Source of the DNA: Chrysomallon squamiferum
Lineage: Eukaryota > Animalia > Mollusca
Assembly (NCBI GenBank): GCA_012295275.1
Contig: CM022672.1
Location: 22,878,001-22,942,000 of the forward strand
Direction: 5' to 3'
DNA: 64,000 bases
The notes beneath the pieces are model-generated. The model was given only the letters and a program-made list of their open reading frames with translations, did not search any database and was not told the DNA's origin. Positions 27,601 to 42,600 of the stretch are shown one piece after another; the first letter of the stretch is position 1; each line of letters starts with the position of its first letter. The position numbers and the translations under genes were made by a program.

Positions 27601-30600
27601 TGGAATACAAGTTGTAACAATAAAATTAAAAAAAAATAAGTAGAATTTTACAAAAACATAGCAATGACCTCCAAAAACAAAAACGAAATAAAAACCAATA
27701 TATCTAGTTTAACAAAACAATATCGGACCAATACTGACAAACACCGTTCTCAAGATCTGTAATATACTTGAACTTCAACATACCTGAATGTGTGGTTCCA
27801 GTGGGACAGGTCGTACGTTGGGGTGGAAGTTGAAAAATGAAGTAGTTCCACAACCAAGCCACTGAGCCACATCTTTAGCATTGGAAAGAGAGGAGCTGAG
27901 AGCAATAATCCTAATATTCCGTTCCAACTGAGATGAGATGTAGCGCATTCGAGAACAGATCACCTCAAGTACAGGCTACAAAACAAACATTTTATCTACT
28001 ACAGCTGTTTATTTACGGTTTAAAAAGTTAAACTGGGAAAATTTGGTACATGTAACAAAAGGAAGCCTATCTAATATCTAAGAGCAGATCACCCTAATTG
28101 CTAAACGTTTTCCAATAATATATGTGTAGTTTGAAAAAGGAAAACTGCTTCAAAGAATTTATCTACAAAACATTACTAATTTAGCATCACATAACTTGAA
28201 ATATGCATAATACAATCAAAGCAGTGGAAAATGAATTTAAAATTATCACTAACCAGTTAAATTTCAATTTTAAATAGTGTAAAATAAAATTATGTATACA
28301 ATATGAATAAAAGTAGATAAAAGATTTGGTAAAAAAATAGAAAAATAACCTAATGATTGTCTCATGGTTAATTGATCCTGCAACCATCACCCTTTATAGC
28401 TAGTTTTTTTTACATCTTACATCATATCAGAATCTACATTAGTACTGTACATACCCCAATTTCTCCTCCAATTAGATGCAGCTCATCAACAATGAAGAGA
28501 TTCACATTCTGAACATTTTTACGCTGTTTCCATCGTCTAGACAAAACATCCCACTTCTCTGGAGTGCTAATAATTATGTTGCCCTACAAATGAAAAAAGA
28601 CATTTGAACGCTTTATTCAAATATGTTTTTAGATTTATTTAGGTTTTAGCTAAGAATGTTTATACAACAGACTTTCTAATCTACTTACTAGCTGATGAAA
28701 AAATACGTAATACTTCTCAACATAAGGAAAAAATGCTATAAGTATAAACATTTATATAGTTTAAATGATGTGCACATATACAATCTTCCCCAAAAGTTCC
28801 ATGTTCTTCTTAATAATACAAGTGTTAATGAATAAATTAATGGTTACCTCTTCATGCAGATAGTTATAACATAGATACTTCTAAATAAACTATTTTCATT
28901 TGACTTAAAACAACAAACCTTTGCAAGCAGTTTGAGATCTGTACTTGTCTCTCCTGTGAGGAGCACCACTTTTTTCCCAAGCTGAACACCAAACTTGTTG
29001 TGCCAGTCAGAATACACCTTCAAAACAGAAAAATTAACAACATTTCAGCAAATTTTTATATTGGCTTTTTGAACAGATTTTGAAATCACATTATAAGCCA
29101 GGAACTTACTCGTATTATTTAATACATCTTTTATTCAAACATTGCAAAATACCATTAGTCTACTGACAGAAAAAAAAAAAAAGAGATTAATTTTATAGCA
29201 CTTAATAATGGTATAAAAACCAAATGCTCCCTTAAGTAGGGTAAATTTATGTTTTTGGCAGAATAACATGTGTATATTTTAATAATGTATTTTATATAAT
29301 ATTTGGAAATCCTACCTGCTGAGCCAGGGCTTCCAGTGGTGCTACATAGACACAGCGACCTTCAGGATACTGTGAGAACATTCTGAGAATTCCAAACTCT
29401 CCACAGATTGTCTTGCCACTGCCTGTTGGTGCTCCAACAAACACATTGTCAACACTGTTGTAAATGGCATTAAACACTGAAATAAAATAAAATAGTTTTT
29501 ATAACTTTCATTACTATTGATCATTGCTATCTAATGGATAATTCCAAATCATTTAGGTATAAAGTTATCTTAGTTGAAAGAATGGTAAATAAGACAATAA
29601 ATGTTCAAAACAATTCATAATTTTAGATTATCCCATTTTATAAAATGTTGATGCAAGAAAAGAACCTTTTTTATTTGGTTAGCAAAACATTTTATGATCC
29701 ATGTTATATTAAATAACAAATTGTATATATACATATGAATTTAATGTGTTTAAATAATAATAATAAAAAAAAAAAATTAAAATTAAAAAATATATCACAT
29801 ATAACAAACTCTCTCTTCCACTCTGACTGAATATTAGTAAAATCATACAATTATTACTAAAATTTTCACTCAAATTATACAAATTTCACTTTATATTTAC
29901 TTCCAAAACTAAAATGTTTGCTTATGAGTTTAATATTACCTTTTAGTAAGATAAAAAATACAGATTGTTTACCTTGAGTCTGAATTGGATTGAAGAAAGG
30001 AAACTTGTCCATGTAAAGAGCTTCAAAAGCCGAGTTTCTCAAGGCTGACACTGGCAGAGGCTGAAGATCCAACAACTCTGTTGGGGGAGGGTATTTTTCA
30101 GGGAGGATCAGATGTCTGAATGACACAGGAAGCTGTGTTTCTGAACCTGTCATAACAAGGTTCCATCAATGTAAAATTGTTATTACAACAAAAAAAAAAA
30201 AAAAAAAAAGATGTGAAAGAAAAAAAGAATACAAGTATATAAAACAATTTAATTAACATCATCTGATAAAAATGTTTCTAATTTAATTTTTATCAATGAA
30301 AAAAGAACCAACTATGTAGATGTATATATATTTTTTATGCGTTTCAATTAATTTTTTTGGTAAAGTGATCTTAATTTGACAAGGTTTAAGTCACAGTAAT
30401 TTTTATCTGTGATTTTGTTTGATCCCTTTTGCCTTTGCAGATTTCATGATGTATAGGTCCATAAATTAAAATATAACAATCTGAAAAATTCAAGACTATC
30501 ATAGTTTAACTGTAACAAATAAAATAAATATATATATATACTAACCAATCCACTTGTCTGAAATTACTCTAATGAAGTACTGAGGTGGCAGAGGTTCAAA

Positions 30601-33600
30601 CACTGGCACAAAGAATTTCACTGAATGTTCATCCTGGGCAAATTTGCTGTACAAATTAAATATTCAATATAAATCATTTAATTGGACAAGACATGTTAAA
30701 CATTATTTCAGTTTTGCTTACTATTATGTGAAGGAAAAAAATATGTTCATGTTTCTTCATTTCCTGTTCTTCATATCTGTTATACTTTATTATCAAAGAG
30801 TGCTCTTTAATATTATTAAAACATTGACACTATTTTTTTTCTCTACAGATTTATCACCACCAAATGGTTATTTTTAACTAACATTTTCATTACACTAAAA
30901 TATTCTCAGTATGTTAACTATACCTCTCACTGTTCAGATACAGCAGTCAGCTGAAACTGATTAGAACTTTAATTGCATATATAAAAATTATTAACTATCA
31001 AGATAAGCACAGAAATGATAGCTTTGAGAACAAAATTCAATGCTACAAATAAAATGAAACAGTGATAACTGCCTTATTTACAAACTTGTATTACTGGCTG
31101 GCTCACGAGATTTTGTTGCTAATGAAAATAAGAAACAGTTTGATTTACTGAACTAACCTTTTCAGAAGGAAATATTCATGATGCAGAATCACTTCGCTGT
31201 CAACATCTTCCACCATGATCCAGAAAGCCTATCAAAATAATAAAAATAAATTTTTAGAAAAGAACAGTTAACAGTAATAAACTTAAATAATCATACATGT
31301 GAACAATTGTTTTTCTTTTACTGCTTTAACTGACCTGATAATGTTAGATGCATGACTCACATATAAACTAACAATAAAGTTCATTAATGCAAGAAAAGAT
31401 ATAAAGGATCTGATAATCTGATTTTACAAATTATGAGAAACAATCTACAAAAAGCAGAAGTATTTACGAAAAAACACATAATGATTGCATTTGCCAAGAT
31501 AGTTTATCTTGGATTATCAGCACTAATGGCTTTTAAAACTGAATGTGTTAACAGGGTTCTAAGAAGTGAAAAGAACATTGCACCTTTGATTTACAAGTAC
31601 TGGAGAATGACTATATAAAGGCCATATAATAAGTGCAATGGCTACAATGAAGTAAGATCTTCTGATTACTTACTTCAGAGTTTCCATGTATTTTCTCTTC
31701 CCACTGGAAATCTGGTGTAATTGTAAGCTCCACACGGAGAGTGGATCGTGTGATGGGCTGAATGTGCACAGACAGTTCCAGCTTGGGAAACTGGTGGATG
31801 TGCTTATTAATAAGCTTGCCCATTTTTGGCATCCGAATTAACTCTCCAATTTCATTGTGATTTAGATCATACAGACGTTCAAATGAAAAATTCTTCTTCT
31901 CAATTTTCTTAATGGCTTCTTCAGGAATCTTTTTGAACTGTCTTAGTGGAGACATTGACTGCCACCTATATATGATCCAAATACAAAATCATTAATCTGA
32001 TCCGACCTAATGTTGGCATTTATTATTCTGTTGGCATCAGGAGTTCTAATTTTTTTAAGTAAGATTTTCAACCTGTCTACATTAAACTTTACAATGTCAG
32101 CATTCAATGTTCAAGCTAAATTATGATGTAATTAAGACAACACATATAATTTTGTTTGATGGAATGTAAATATACAAAAAAAGAGAGAAAAGTTTATTTA
32201 ACCCTCTTTAAATTCAGTGCACTTTACTATCCAATTAATTTACATTTTTATTCAGTTACTGAGGAATATTCAGCAAAATTAGTAAGGACTCTTACATTCT
32301 TTTGCTGCACATCTTACAGAGGGCCAGACACTTGTCTGCCAGCTGTGCCCAGCCTCGATGAAGGACAATCTCAAAGATGGCTCTGATGAGACGTCCAGCA
32401 GACTGTGTGATGTAAACCATGTCAGCCATCAGAGCAAATCCTTCCAACTTGAGTTGAGAAATGTAAGCCTGCAGCAACACATTTACCTGAAATTCAAATT
32501 TAAAAAATCTTGTTTTATTTAACTGATACTCCTATTTAACTAACATCTGACAGTTCACAATCTTCAGAGGCAAGATGACAAATATTTTCATTAACAATAA
32601 TGGATTAATCCTGTGGACTTTTCAAAAGACCATTGCTAAGCCAGCCAGTGATAACATTTTAATTGATTTCATACATGATTAATTCATTTCTCAGAAAATT
32701 CCTGAAAAATTTCAATACATCTTTAAATTTTAAATCATATCACAATTTCTAATAAATTTAAATTAGTTTAATTCCATTTCTTATTTGGATCAGTTAATGA
32801 AGTTTACATGTATTCCATGTTGTAAGCTGATTTTCACCTGTTAACTAAAATATTATATAAGAATACCTTAGCACTTGGTTCCTCTATGCTTTCTTTGATT
32901 GGAATTGGAACTCTCTCCAGAAGCTTCAACAGTTCAAGTTTCTCTTCCTAAGGGGATAAAAAAAAACAATAATAATAATAAAACTAAGAATTGTGGAGAT
33001 AAACTCATGGATGTAAAATGCATTTGGGTGAATTACAAAAGACAAACAATTATGGAAGATCTTCCATAAAAGCTATATAGATTAAAGGTATAAAAAAAGT
33101 ACACACATGCTGATGATCAGGCGTATATGCTTGTTTTGTTGGGGGTTTTTTTCCCCCCTAGTTTACACAAAATAAAATAAAATATAAGAAGCTAAACATG
33201 TATTAATCAACTTTTACTATAAATGCAGCGGAATTTGTATTTAATTATTTTGATAGTAATTGTTGTATACAATTACTGACGTAGTCTGTTTTGATTACCT
33301 ACCTCTCTCACTGTGAGATTGCGGAATTCACCAGACAGGGAGAACACTCTGAAAAGTTCTATCTCACTCAGTGTTGGTTTCAGTAACTGATTGTATGTGG
33401 CGATAGTCTCATTTGTACAATAGTAGTGACTGGCAATACGGCCAAGTTCGGTAACCTAAAATAATAAAGCCGTCTGTTGTAAAAATTAGGAGGTTCATTG
33501 AAGATTTTTATCAGATGGAGTTGTGCTTCTTCACTGTTTGTCACTGAAAACTGTGTATTCATTTTGTTAAATGAAACAAATTTACAGGGTACAAATAGGT

Positions 33601-36600
33601 ACTCCTGGGTTCTTTTAAAGGTAACAATTATAATTTTATACATTATCTCAGCATAAATTATTTATTTACAATCAATAGCACTTTTTAAAAAGTTGGAAAG
33701 TCCAGATATTTGTCCTGGCATTTTTATCATGTGTTTATAGCACTAGAAATAAGATATTAAATGTAATATTTGTAATACCTGGAAACATCCAGTTTTCCTG
33801 TCATATTTGCACAGGTTGTGTCTGTCTAGCTGTATTGCAGCTGTATGAATGAGGTCTTTTCTTCTCTGTTGTAGCAGAGGGTCATCTTTTAACTGGTCAT
33901 GGGATATCCCATATAAGGTAGGATTTCTCAGCATTCTGATGTACAGGTATGTATAACCTGTAAGGTTTAAAAAATATTAAATTAAATATTTAAAATAGTT
34001 CATATAAAGTGATTCAGCAAGTGTAAAGAAGGTAATGATAAAATGATTAAACCCCTTGATAAAAAAAGAAAGAGAAGAAATGAAACTATTTAACAATTAG
34101 CAAAAAAAAAACAATACGACTGCACATCGATACTGCATTTTCCATTTGTACAGGTGCCTGCTATGTTCTCTCTAGCTGTAAGTGTTGTTATATAATAAAA
34201 GCACTTGTTTAAACTGTGGAAATATACAGTAGCAGACATTTTTAACAAATAATTAATTGATATGTAAAGTTGTATTGCTTTATGTACTTTAAAATTCTAC
34301 TGACCTAACCAGTCAATGGCCTCTTTCATGTTCTGAACAGTTCCCAGGACAATCTCAGCATTGAGATTGTCAGCTAACTTACTAATAAATTGACTCTCAA
34401 TGGGCAACTGTAAGAAATGGTAATAACAAATAATGAATGAATGTTTAAACAGCTCTGTTTTAATTAACAGTCATTAAGTATCATCATGTTTTTTAATTAA
34501 ATAAGACAAAATCAAATTCAAAGAAACAAAGTATCTTAAGTTCATTTTTTATATTATAATCAAAAAGTAATTATTTTGCAATGTACCTAATGCTGTTTTT
34601 TAAAGAATAAATTTCTCCTGAATGAGATATGAACTTAACTGAAAAACAATCAACACTGTCAATTAATTATAGTAACTGATAAAAAAAAAGTACCTGTTGA
34701 TTCATGAGAGACAGATAGTACTGCAGTTCACTGTGATTTGTGATCATTATTCCTTCTCCTTTTGTGTCATACTGGGGTCTGCCTGCTCTACCCAACATCT
34801 GAAACATACATTACCATTACCACATTAATTAATTTTCTGACATCAGCTTTTGAAATCAAATATTGATTTATTTTCTATCATCTATGAATATCAAACAGTT
34901 AATTAAAATATACAGTCTACAAAGAAAATCTGCTACAAATTTCCTTCAGCATGCACCTTTCCTTGGAGAAAAAAGCAGATTCTTTGACCTTTGATAGTTG
35001 TTTTTTGCCTACCTGCTTAAAGTGGGAAATACACAGAATTCTGAAAAAACTTTGGTTAATATTAATATTATTAAATTATATCAAACAATAGAAATAATAC
35101 TGTTATGGTGAACAGTGTAAATATTATAAAAATGCTGAAATCAAAACAGCTTACAAACAATATTACAGTTTGCTTGTATCTGGAAAATAATTTCAGGATT
35201 TCGGTTTTTAATTTTGAAATACTTAGCTGAATAACTACTAATAACTATTAAATTGTACATCAAAAAGCTTTACCTGCATAACATCAAGAGCGCTGAGCTC
35301 CACCCATCTTCCCTTCTCTGGATTGTAGATCTGTGTTCCCTTGATGATGACAGTGTGTGCTGGCAAGTTGACTCCCCATGCTAGGGTAGATGTGGACACA
35401 AGCACCTGAATGTGACGATCAGCAAAAAGATCCTCAACCAGGGCTCGATCAACCCTGAAAAATAGTTTTAAAAAAAACAAAATAAAAATGAATAAAAATA
35501 TTAGCATCATTTAAAAAATATATATATATTTAAACATTTTAAAAAACATTTCCCAAAATAAAACATCTAATAATAACAAGAGGAAAAAGATTTAGAAAAA
35601 ATGAAATCAGTCGTTATAAAATAATTTAAATTATTTTAAATTTTATTTTTACTTTCAACTAAACTAGTTTTAATTTATACATTTCAAAAATATTAAGTTA
35701 CCCACCTGTTCATCCCAGCGTGATGAATGGCAAAACCATAAGGTAGAAGATCTCTAAGTTCATGATTCTAAAATAAAAAGGAATTACAAAAATATATTGT
35801 AACACAAATATAACAAATTTTTAAAATATTGGTATGAGTGAGCAGTCATAAAAATGCCTTTGTATGTGGAAAAAAAAGAAGTATTTAATAAAATAAAATG
35901 AAAAAAGAAATACAAACAAAATTTTAAATCTAATGAGAAATTAAGATATTTTGGGGTTATTTACTTTCACTTGTTCAGCTTCTGTGCGAAGAATCTCAGT
36001 GGATGCAGAACCTTCCTTGAGGAAGACGCCAAGAGAATCTTTTTCCAGACACAAATCTCTTATAGCCCGAGCTGTTTTACCAGTCTCCTTTCGGGAATGA
36101 ACAAACACCAGAAGCTGAAACAAAAATAATTTAATCTGTAATAATAATTCGATATGCTCAATAGTAAATTATGAAATATCCAATATATATTTTTGTTCAG
36201 TATCTGAGAAAAGAGATATACTGAAAAACTCATTAATATGTTACATGCATAAGTTAACAAATAAGCACTGGTGCAAGGACTAATCTTGCAATCTTTCACT
36301 ACTTTTTTGTTTTCTTTTAATGACAATTTATATTATTTCTGTAATGTGTGAAAAAAAAACAAAAATAAAACACCATTTGCAAACTAAAATTATCAAATAA
36401 CATAAAATAAAATTCTGTATCAACAATGACCAACAGAATATCAAGAATGTTTAACCAAATAATTCCTTAAAAGAGTAAGATACGTTTTCATCAAAGAGTC
36501 AGTTTCAATAAACCCCTCACAAAAACCACAATAATAACCTGATTTTTCCCTGCATGCTCCATGACTTTTTCATAGACAATATCATTCATCAGCTGAAATC

Positions 36601-39600
36601 TTTTCACTGCTTTTTTCTCCGTGATACCAATGAACTGCTGTTCAAGAGGGACAGGTCGGAAACTATTGTCAAAGAAAAACAAGCCTTCCTTTGGGTCAAC
36701 ACGCAGGAATGTGGCAACGTCTTCAAAGTTTGGCAGAGTTGCACTGAGACCAACCAATCGTACATACTCCTGTGTTGTTTCAATGTTTCGAATTGTTCTG
36801 GAAAGAAAAGTTTATTATATTTATAAATCAAAGGCAATGAACAAATTAATTTTTGCATCAACATTTACTATATGTAATAAGATAACATGTTTATGAAACA
36901 AATTTACATTCTCTTTCATCAACCAACCACTGCTGGATGTTAAAACACAAACTGAATTATTATTTTTAACTTGGGTTGCAAGAGAAACAGTAATCCTGAA
37001 TGCCTTATAAAAATTATAAAAACCATATAAACTAAAAATTATTAATACACTATTTGATCTTTACCTGGCAACAAGTGCTTCTAAAACAGGACCTCGATCA
37101 TCATGCAACAAATGAATTTCATCCTGTTAAATAACAAAAGATATTCTATATATTTTATGAACATTTAATGGTAATAATTTAATATAATCTTAAAACTGAA
37201 AACCTTTACCAATCTATTTATTAGACACATACTGGTATTAAGCTAAAATATTTTAATGACAAAATGCCATCAATAAAACTTTTAATAATATGATGGCAAT
37301 TATAGTATAAATGAGATGAACAAAAAGATGATAATGCTAACAGATATTAAAGCATCCTGTTATACAATTTTGAATTTTTTTATGTTCAGCAAACAGTACT
37401 GCAAATTAGTGACTAGGATATAATTATGTCCATTTAGTTTAGGATGTATTGGTACCCATGTATTAATTGATGCATTTTCTATGATACATTAAAGAATTTC
37501 AATAAGATTTAACAATTCTATTTCTCTGATGTCCTGAATTATTCAGTATAATATAAAAAAAAAAATTTACAACATACAAAGATCATTAGTCTGACAAGCT
37601 GGGTGTATGTACGCTCACCACCCTTACGGGTGATGATATCCCATTTCTCAGGTGTGCACACAATAATCTGTGTCTGGTGAATCTGCTCTCTGGTCAGCTG
37701 GTGGTCACCGGTTAACTCAGACACCTTGATATTGTAAGACTTCAGCCGCTGAAATGAGTTAAATCAAAGTTTATTTATTTACTATTTGACTGTGTCATTA
37801 TTCAGATGCACATATATTAATATACTGACACTAACATCATTTACGTTTCTCACAAAATAGAATTTTTTTAAATGGTTCATAATTGTATTTAATTTCAGTC
37901 ACTGATTAAAACAATAAAAACAAATTATTTTCTTCTTACATGCAAGTGGAATCTACCCAAGAAGTTCTACCGATTATTTTTTCCCACTTACCTCAGAAAA
38001 ATTGCCCACCATTTCCTGCACAAGAGACCTCATTGGAGCAATATAGACTATTTTGAAATCATCTATATTAATTGTTCCATCAGCATTCACATGTCGTCCG
38101 ATCTCCTTCAAAATTGTCAGTAATGCAACATTTGTCTTACCAGCACCCTGGAAAATTAATATTAAAAATATAATTTTAATTTGAATAAAAAAAATTATAC
38201 TTGTACAATATTAAAAAACCCATTATCCTCGATAATAATAGGGTTAAATATTTTTACCCAGAACCAGAATATTTAAAAATACTAACTACAATTGCAATAT
38301 ACATCAGATCTGAAAGGATCTTATAGCATGTATGTGCATATAGATTAGGATGTATCTGTATCCCTGTATCTATTAACTTATTATATGTGTATGTGGAACA
38401 GCTGGCATATTACAGTATTTGTATCCTTTCAAAACTGATATAGAATAATAAACATTACTCACTGTTGGGGCACAGAGTAAAATGTTTTGGTCTGATTCCA
38501 TGGCAACCTTGCACAAACGGCTCTGGATTCGATTCAGACTTTTAAATCCATCAAAAGCTGGCTGTGCATATTTTGGTAGCCGATCTATTGGCACCAGTGA
38601 CTGAGAACAATAAGAAAAAATAACAACACGTTAAATAACAACTACAACAAACAAAAAATTGTAGAAATCTTCTAATCACTTTCAATTTTTTAAAGTAAGG
38701 TGAACATATTTAGACCTCTGTTATTCTGATTTGGAAATATAAGTGTAACTACTTGATTATTTTTGCTTCAGTTGATCATATGAAAACAACTGAAAAAAAA
38801 ACTAACCTCATCAGTATCAAATGGTTTAGGTTTCAAGGCTGGCACATGAACTTCCTCATATCCTGACAAAAAAAAAAAAAAATTAATAACATTTTAGAAC
38901 TCCTGATAATTCATCAAAGCATTTCAGTTCCTGAAAGTAAAACATAATTTCAGTGAGTATATAAATTGATAAATATACCTAGTTGCCAATCTTATAGATA
39001 CAAGAACAATAAATGCCTCAGCAAACTGGGTCTTTATTTGTTTCAAGAATATCTAATATTATGTGATTTCCTATTATTCAATTGCAATATAATAGACAAC
39101 AAAATATTAAGCATTTTGGTTCATTGTTGGTTATTGTGGGTGTTCTTTTTTCAAAAGAATGAAGATAGCTGAAAGTGGAATTATCACTAAAGTTTGACTA
39201 CAAAATAAAGACAAACCTTTTCTCTGTTTTCTGTATGACCCATCAGGTAACTGACATCTTTTATTTGCCATAAGATGGCTGCCCTGATTGAAAACCAGGT
39301 CTGCGAGATTCAGCTGTTCAGCAGCACCAACCTCCTGAATTTTAAATAAATAATAAAAATGTAATTGTCTGACAAAGAAGTATTAAAATCAAATATTGCT
39401 GATGCATACAGATGTATAAGATAACTAACATACATTCAGATAAAATTTAAATAAAGCTACATTCAGATATAATTTTTTTTAAAATACCATCAAACATAAT
39501 TTATTCAAAGCTCACTTTGTCAGCTTATACGGTTCAGTTACAAAATATTTCATAACAGCATTTATATTTAAACAAACAATAAAAATAAATGAGGAATAAA

Positions 39601-42600
39601 AAGGAATCTTTAACCAAACAAATTTAAACTTAAGTTCATGTGATCATGTGCTCATTTGTATGATGAAATGACAAGCTATTAAAGATAGAACCTTTTTTTT
39701 CAGTCTAATTTCCATATGCCATTAAAAAAAAAAAAAAAATGCTGTTTCATTGTGAAGATATTCTCTTAGTCCTAAATATAAAATAATCATTACATGAACA
39801 AAAGAAACAGCATTTCTTGATCAAACAGAAATGTAGCTTTTTATCACATGCGTATAGTAACAGTGGATACTCAATCACCCACCTGGTATTCCTCAAAGTC
39901 CATGGCCTCAATGTCAGCAGCCACTCGACTCTGCCTGGCCTGCTGGCGGCGAGCTCTCTCCTCACTGACAATGTCATCACGATCGGTTGTCTGCAGTGCC
40001 AGAAGGATTCGTGACAGCTCTGGGTCCAGCTGCATTTTTTCTTCAATCTTCGACTTTTCAGAATCACTCTGAGCAGAGGCCAAAAGTGTACAGTACAGGA
40101 CTAAGAGAAAAATGAAACAATTGTGTAAATACAAAATATATGACTGATGAAAGGTCAGATTATATTTATGTATTTATTATGTATTTTGTCACCAGTTAAT
40201 AAAGGTGTATAACAGCAGACATAAAGAATTTTACCAGTGTACAATACCAAAACAAATAAAAAAACCCAAACAAGTAACTCATCTTAAATTTGTCCAATAA
40301 TCTAGTAATTACAAATTAGGTTTTTCATCTTCTGCTTCGATGAAGATAGGTTAGGTAAAAAAATATTCATTTAACCTGATCTCTGAGTGACTAATATGAA
40401 ATTGGATTTGATTTTTTATTCTTTATTAATGTTCATTACAAATGAAAGCTACATTAAGAAAACCATTTAATTTAATTGTTTTCATTAAACTGACAAATCA
40501 CTTGTCATGTTCAGATTGTTCAAAAGGTTCAAACAATTTATTTAGACAATTGTTATCTTACTCATTTGTCGATGCTGCCGGAGTACTCGTATGAAATCAA
40601 ACTGATTAACACCAAGTAAAATAACAAGCTGTGTCTCACATTCTCGATCATCACCAGAACTCTGAAATAGTAAATTATATTTTATATTTTACAACAAATA
40701 TTTGCAGCACAACACATTAACTTGTATCAAGCTTAATTTAACTAATTTCTCTTGTAAATATGGCAGGTACTTCTTTATAATGATTGAAAAGAAACAATAT
40801 GCATAACAAAAATTCACAGCTTGTATTATTTAACATTAGAAAATAAATTTTTGTTAATTAAAGTTTTTATAAATACAAATTTACATATTGAAATTTATAC
40901 TGAAATGTGTATTTACTCAAACAATTTAAGAAGAATTAACATATCAGTTCTTTTAGGCTACAAGAAAATTATTTGCATGATGTTGGATTAAATTATGTCA
41001 TAGATTTTCGAATTAGTAATTAAAAGAACCAGTATATGTGTATAACGTTTTTTTCACAATATTCATTTTGTATTCAGGTCCTAAAGTAATATTTACAGAT
41101 ATTATTACAAACCTTTAGTATTTCTACCACTTCTTTGGCTTTTGTCTGTGCCATGTTGGGATCATCAGGATAGTGTTTGCTCAGTTTCCTCTGGATCCAG
41201 AAGGCATCTATGTCTCTAGGATGAAGACCTCCATCAGATTTACTTCCAGTATCCTCAGAAATCTAACAAAAAAATAATGTATAATAATACATATATACCA
41301 TCTTGTTTTAGAAGATAAAAGTATGAATCATAGTTAAATTACCATTTAGTGCCTTCATATTTACAATTTTAAATTACCAATCACATGTGCACCTTTTTAA
41401 TGATTAATTTACAATATGTTAAATGTGTTATCTTACCCCTGTAGCATGAAGTCTTCCATCATATTCTGCTTCTTCACCTTCATTTTCATCATCGTCATCA
41501 CCCTCCTGCACTTCACCGTAAACATCACCAGTGTCCTAAAGATAAATCAGTGAGCATGTAACAACATATCTATTTAATGTTTCACAGTTAATGTGTATTT
41601 GTTTTTCTCAAAATTGTTGTAAGAGAGAAAATCTGCTGCTTCTGCTGTGTAACCATTCTGATTAGTGACAAGCAAATTTTTTCAGTTCATATTTTGATAA
41701 ACTAGTCCTGGTGTTCCAGTTTGTTCAGTAACTACTCTTTTTAAATTTTGCAAGAATCATTTATCAGGAAAGCAAAAAAAAAAGGTTTAAAAATTAAAAA
41801 ATGTTTAAAAATGTATAGTCCATTTTTCATAATAACACAGTAATGGTTACATTAATTTCTAGATAGCAAATGATTGCAATGTTGACATTAATTAAAAATA
41901 ATAATTTAATAATCAAATGAATTGATTTAGTGAAAGAAAGCTCATAAAACCCCTAATTCTTAAGATAATAATGAAACAATTCACCATCATTAAAGGAAGA
42001 AATATTTGCTTATAATTCCTTAATTCAAATTCAGATCTAATGCACATTCAGTTAGAAGTGTAACTTATATAAGATATCAATTATTATTATTATTAGAGTT
42101 AACAAACCTCATCTTCAGATTCTTCAAACTGGACATTCACACCATAGGTCTCATCAATATTTTCAGCTGTATGGAGAAAATAAAATACATATATTGCAAC
42201 ATTTTCATGTTTATCATTACAAAATAATAATTTTTATAATTAAAAACAAAGTTTCAAAACTATCTATAATTTGTCAATATGCATGATTAGAATGCAAATT
42301 ATACACGGCAAATTTTAGGAAATCACACATACATTTAATTTTTAACTGTTTCAGTATGAGTTAGCTCAGACAATTCAAACAAGCATAGTGACATTTAATG
42401 TTACTTATGAGATTTACCATTTTATTTTCAAATTATAACTAGTTAATTTAAAAGATAAAATTAAAAGCATTTCATAAAACTGTAATCTCACATGTCTGCA
42501 TCTTTTCTTCTTGACCCCAGTCTGTGATTTTCTTGCCTAGATTAACTAACAGTGCAAATCGCTCATCTGCAATACCACCTAGCAGATTGTCAACTTCTCT

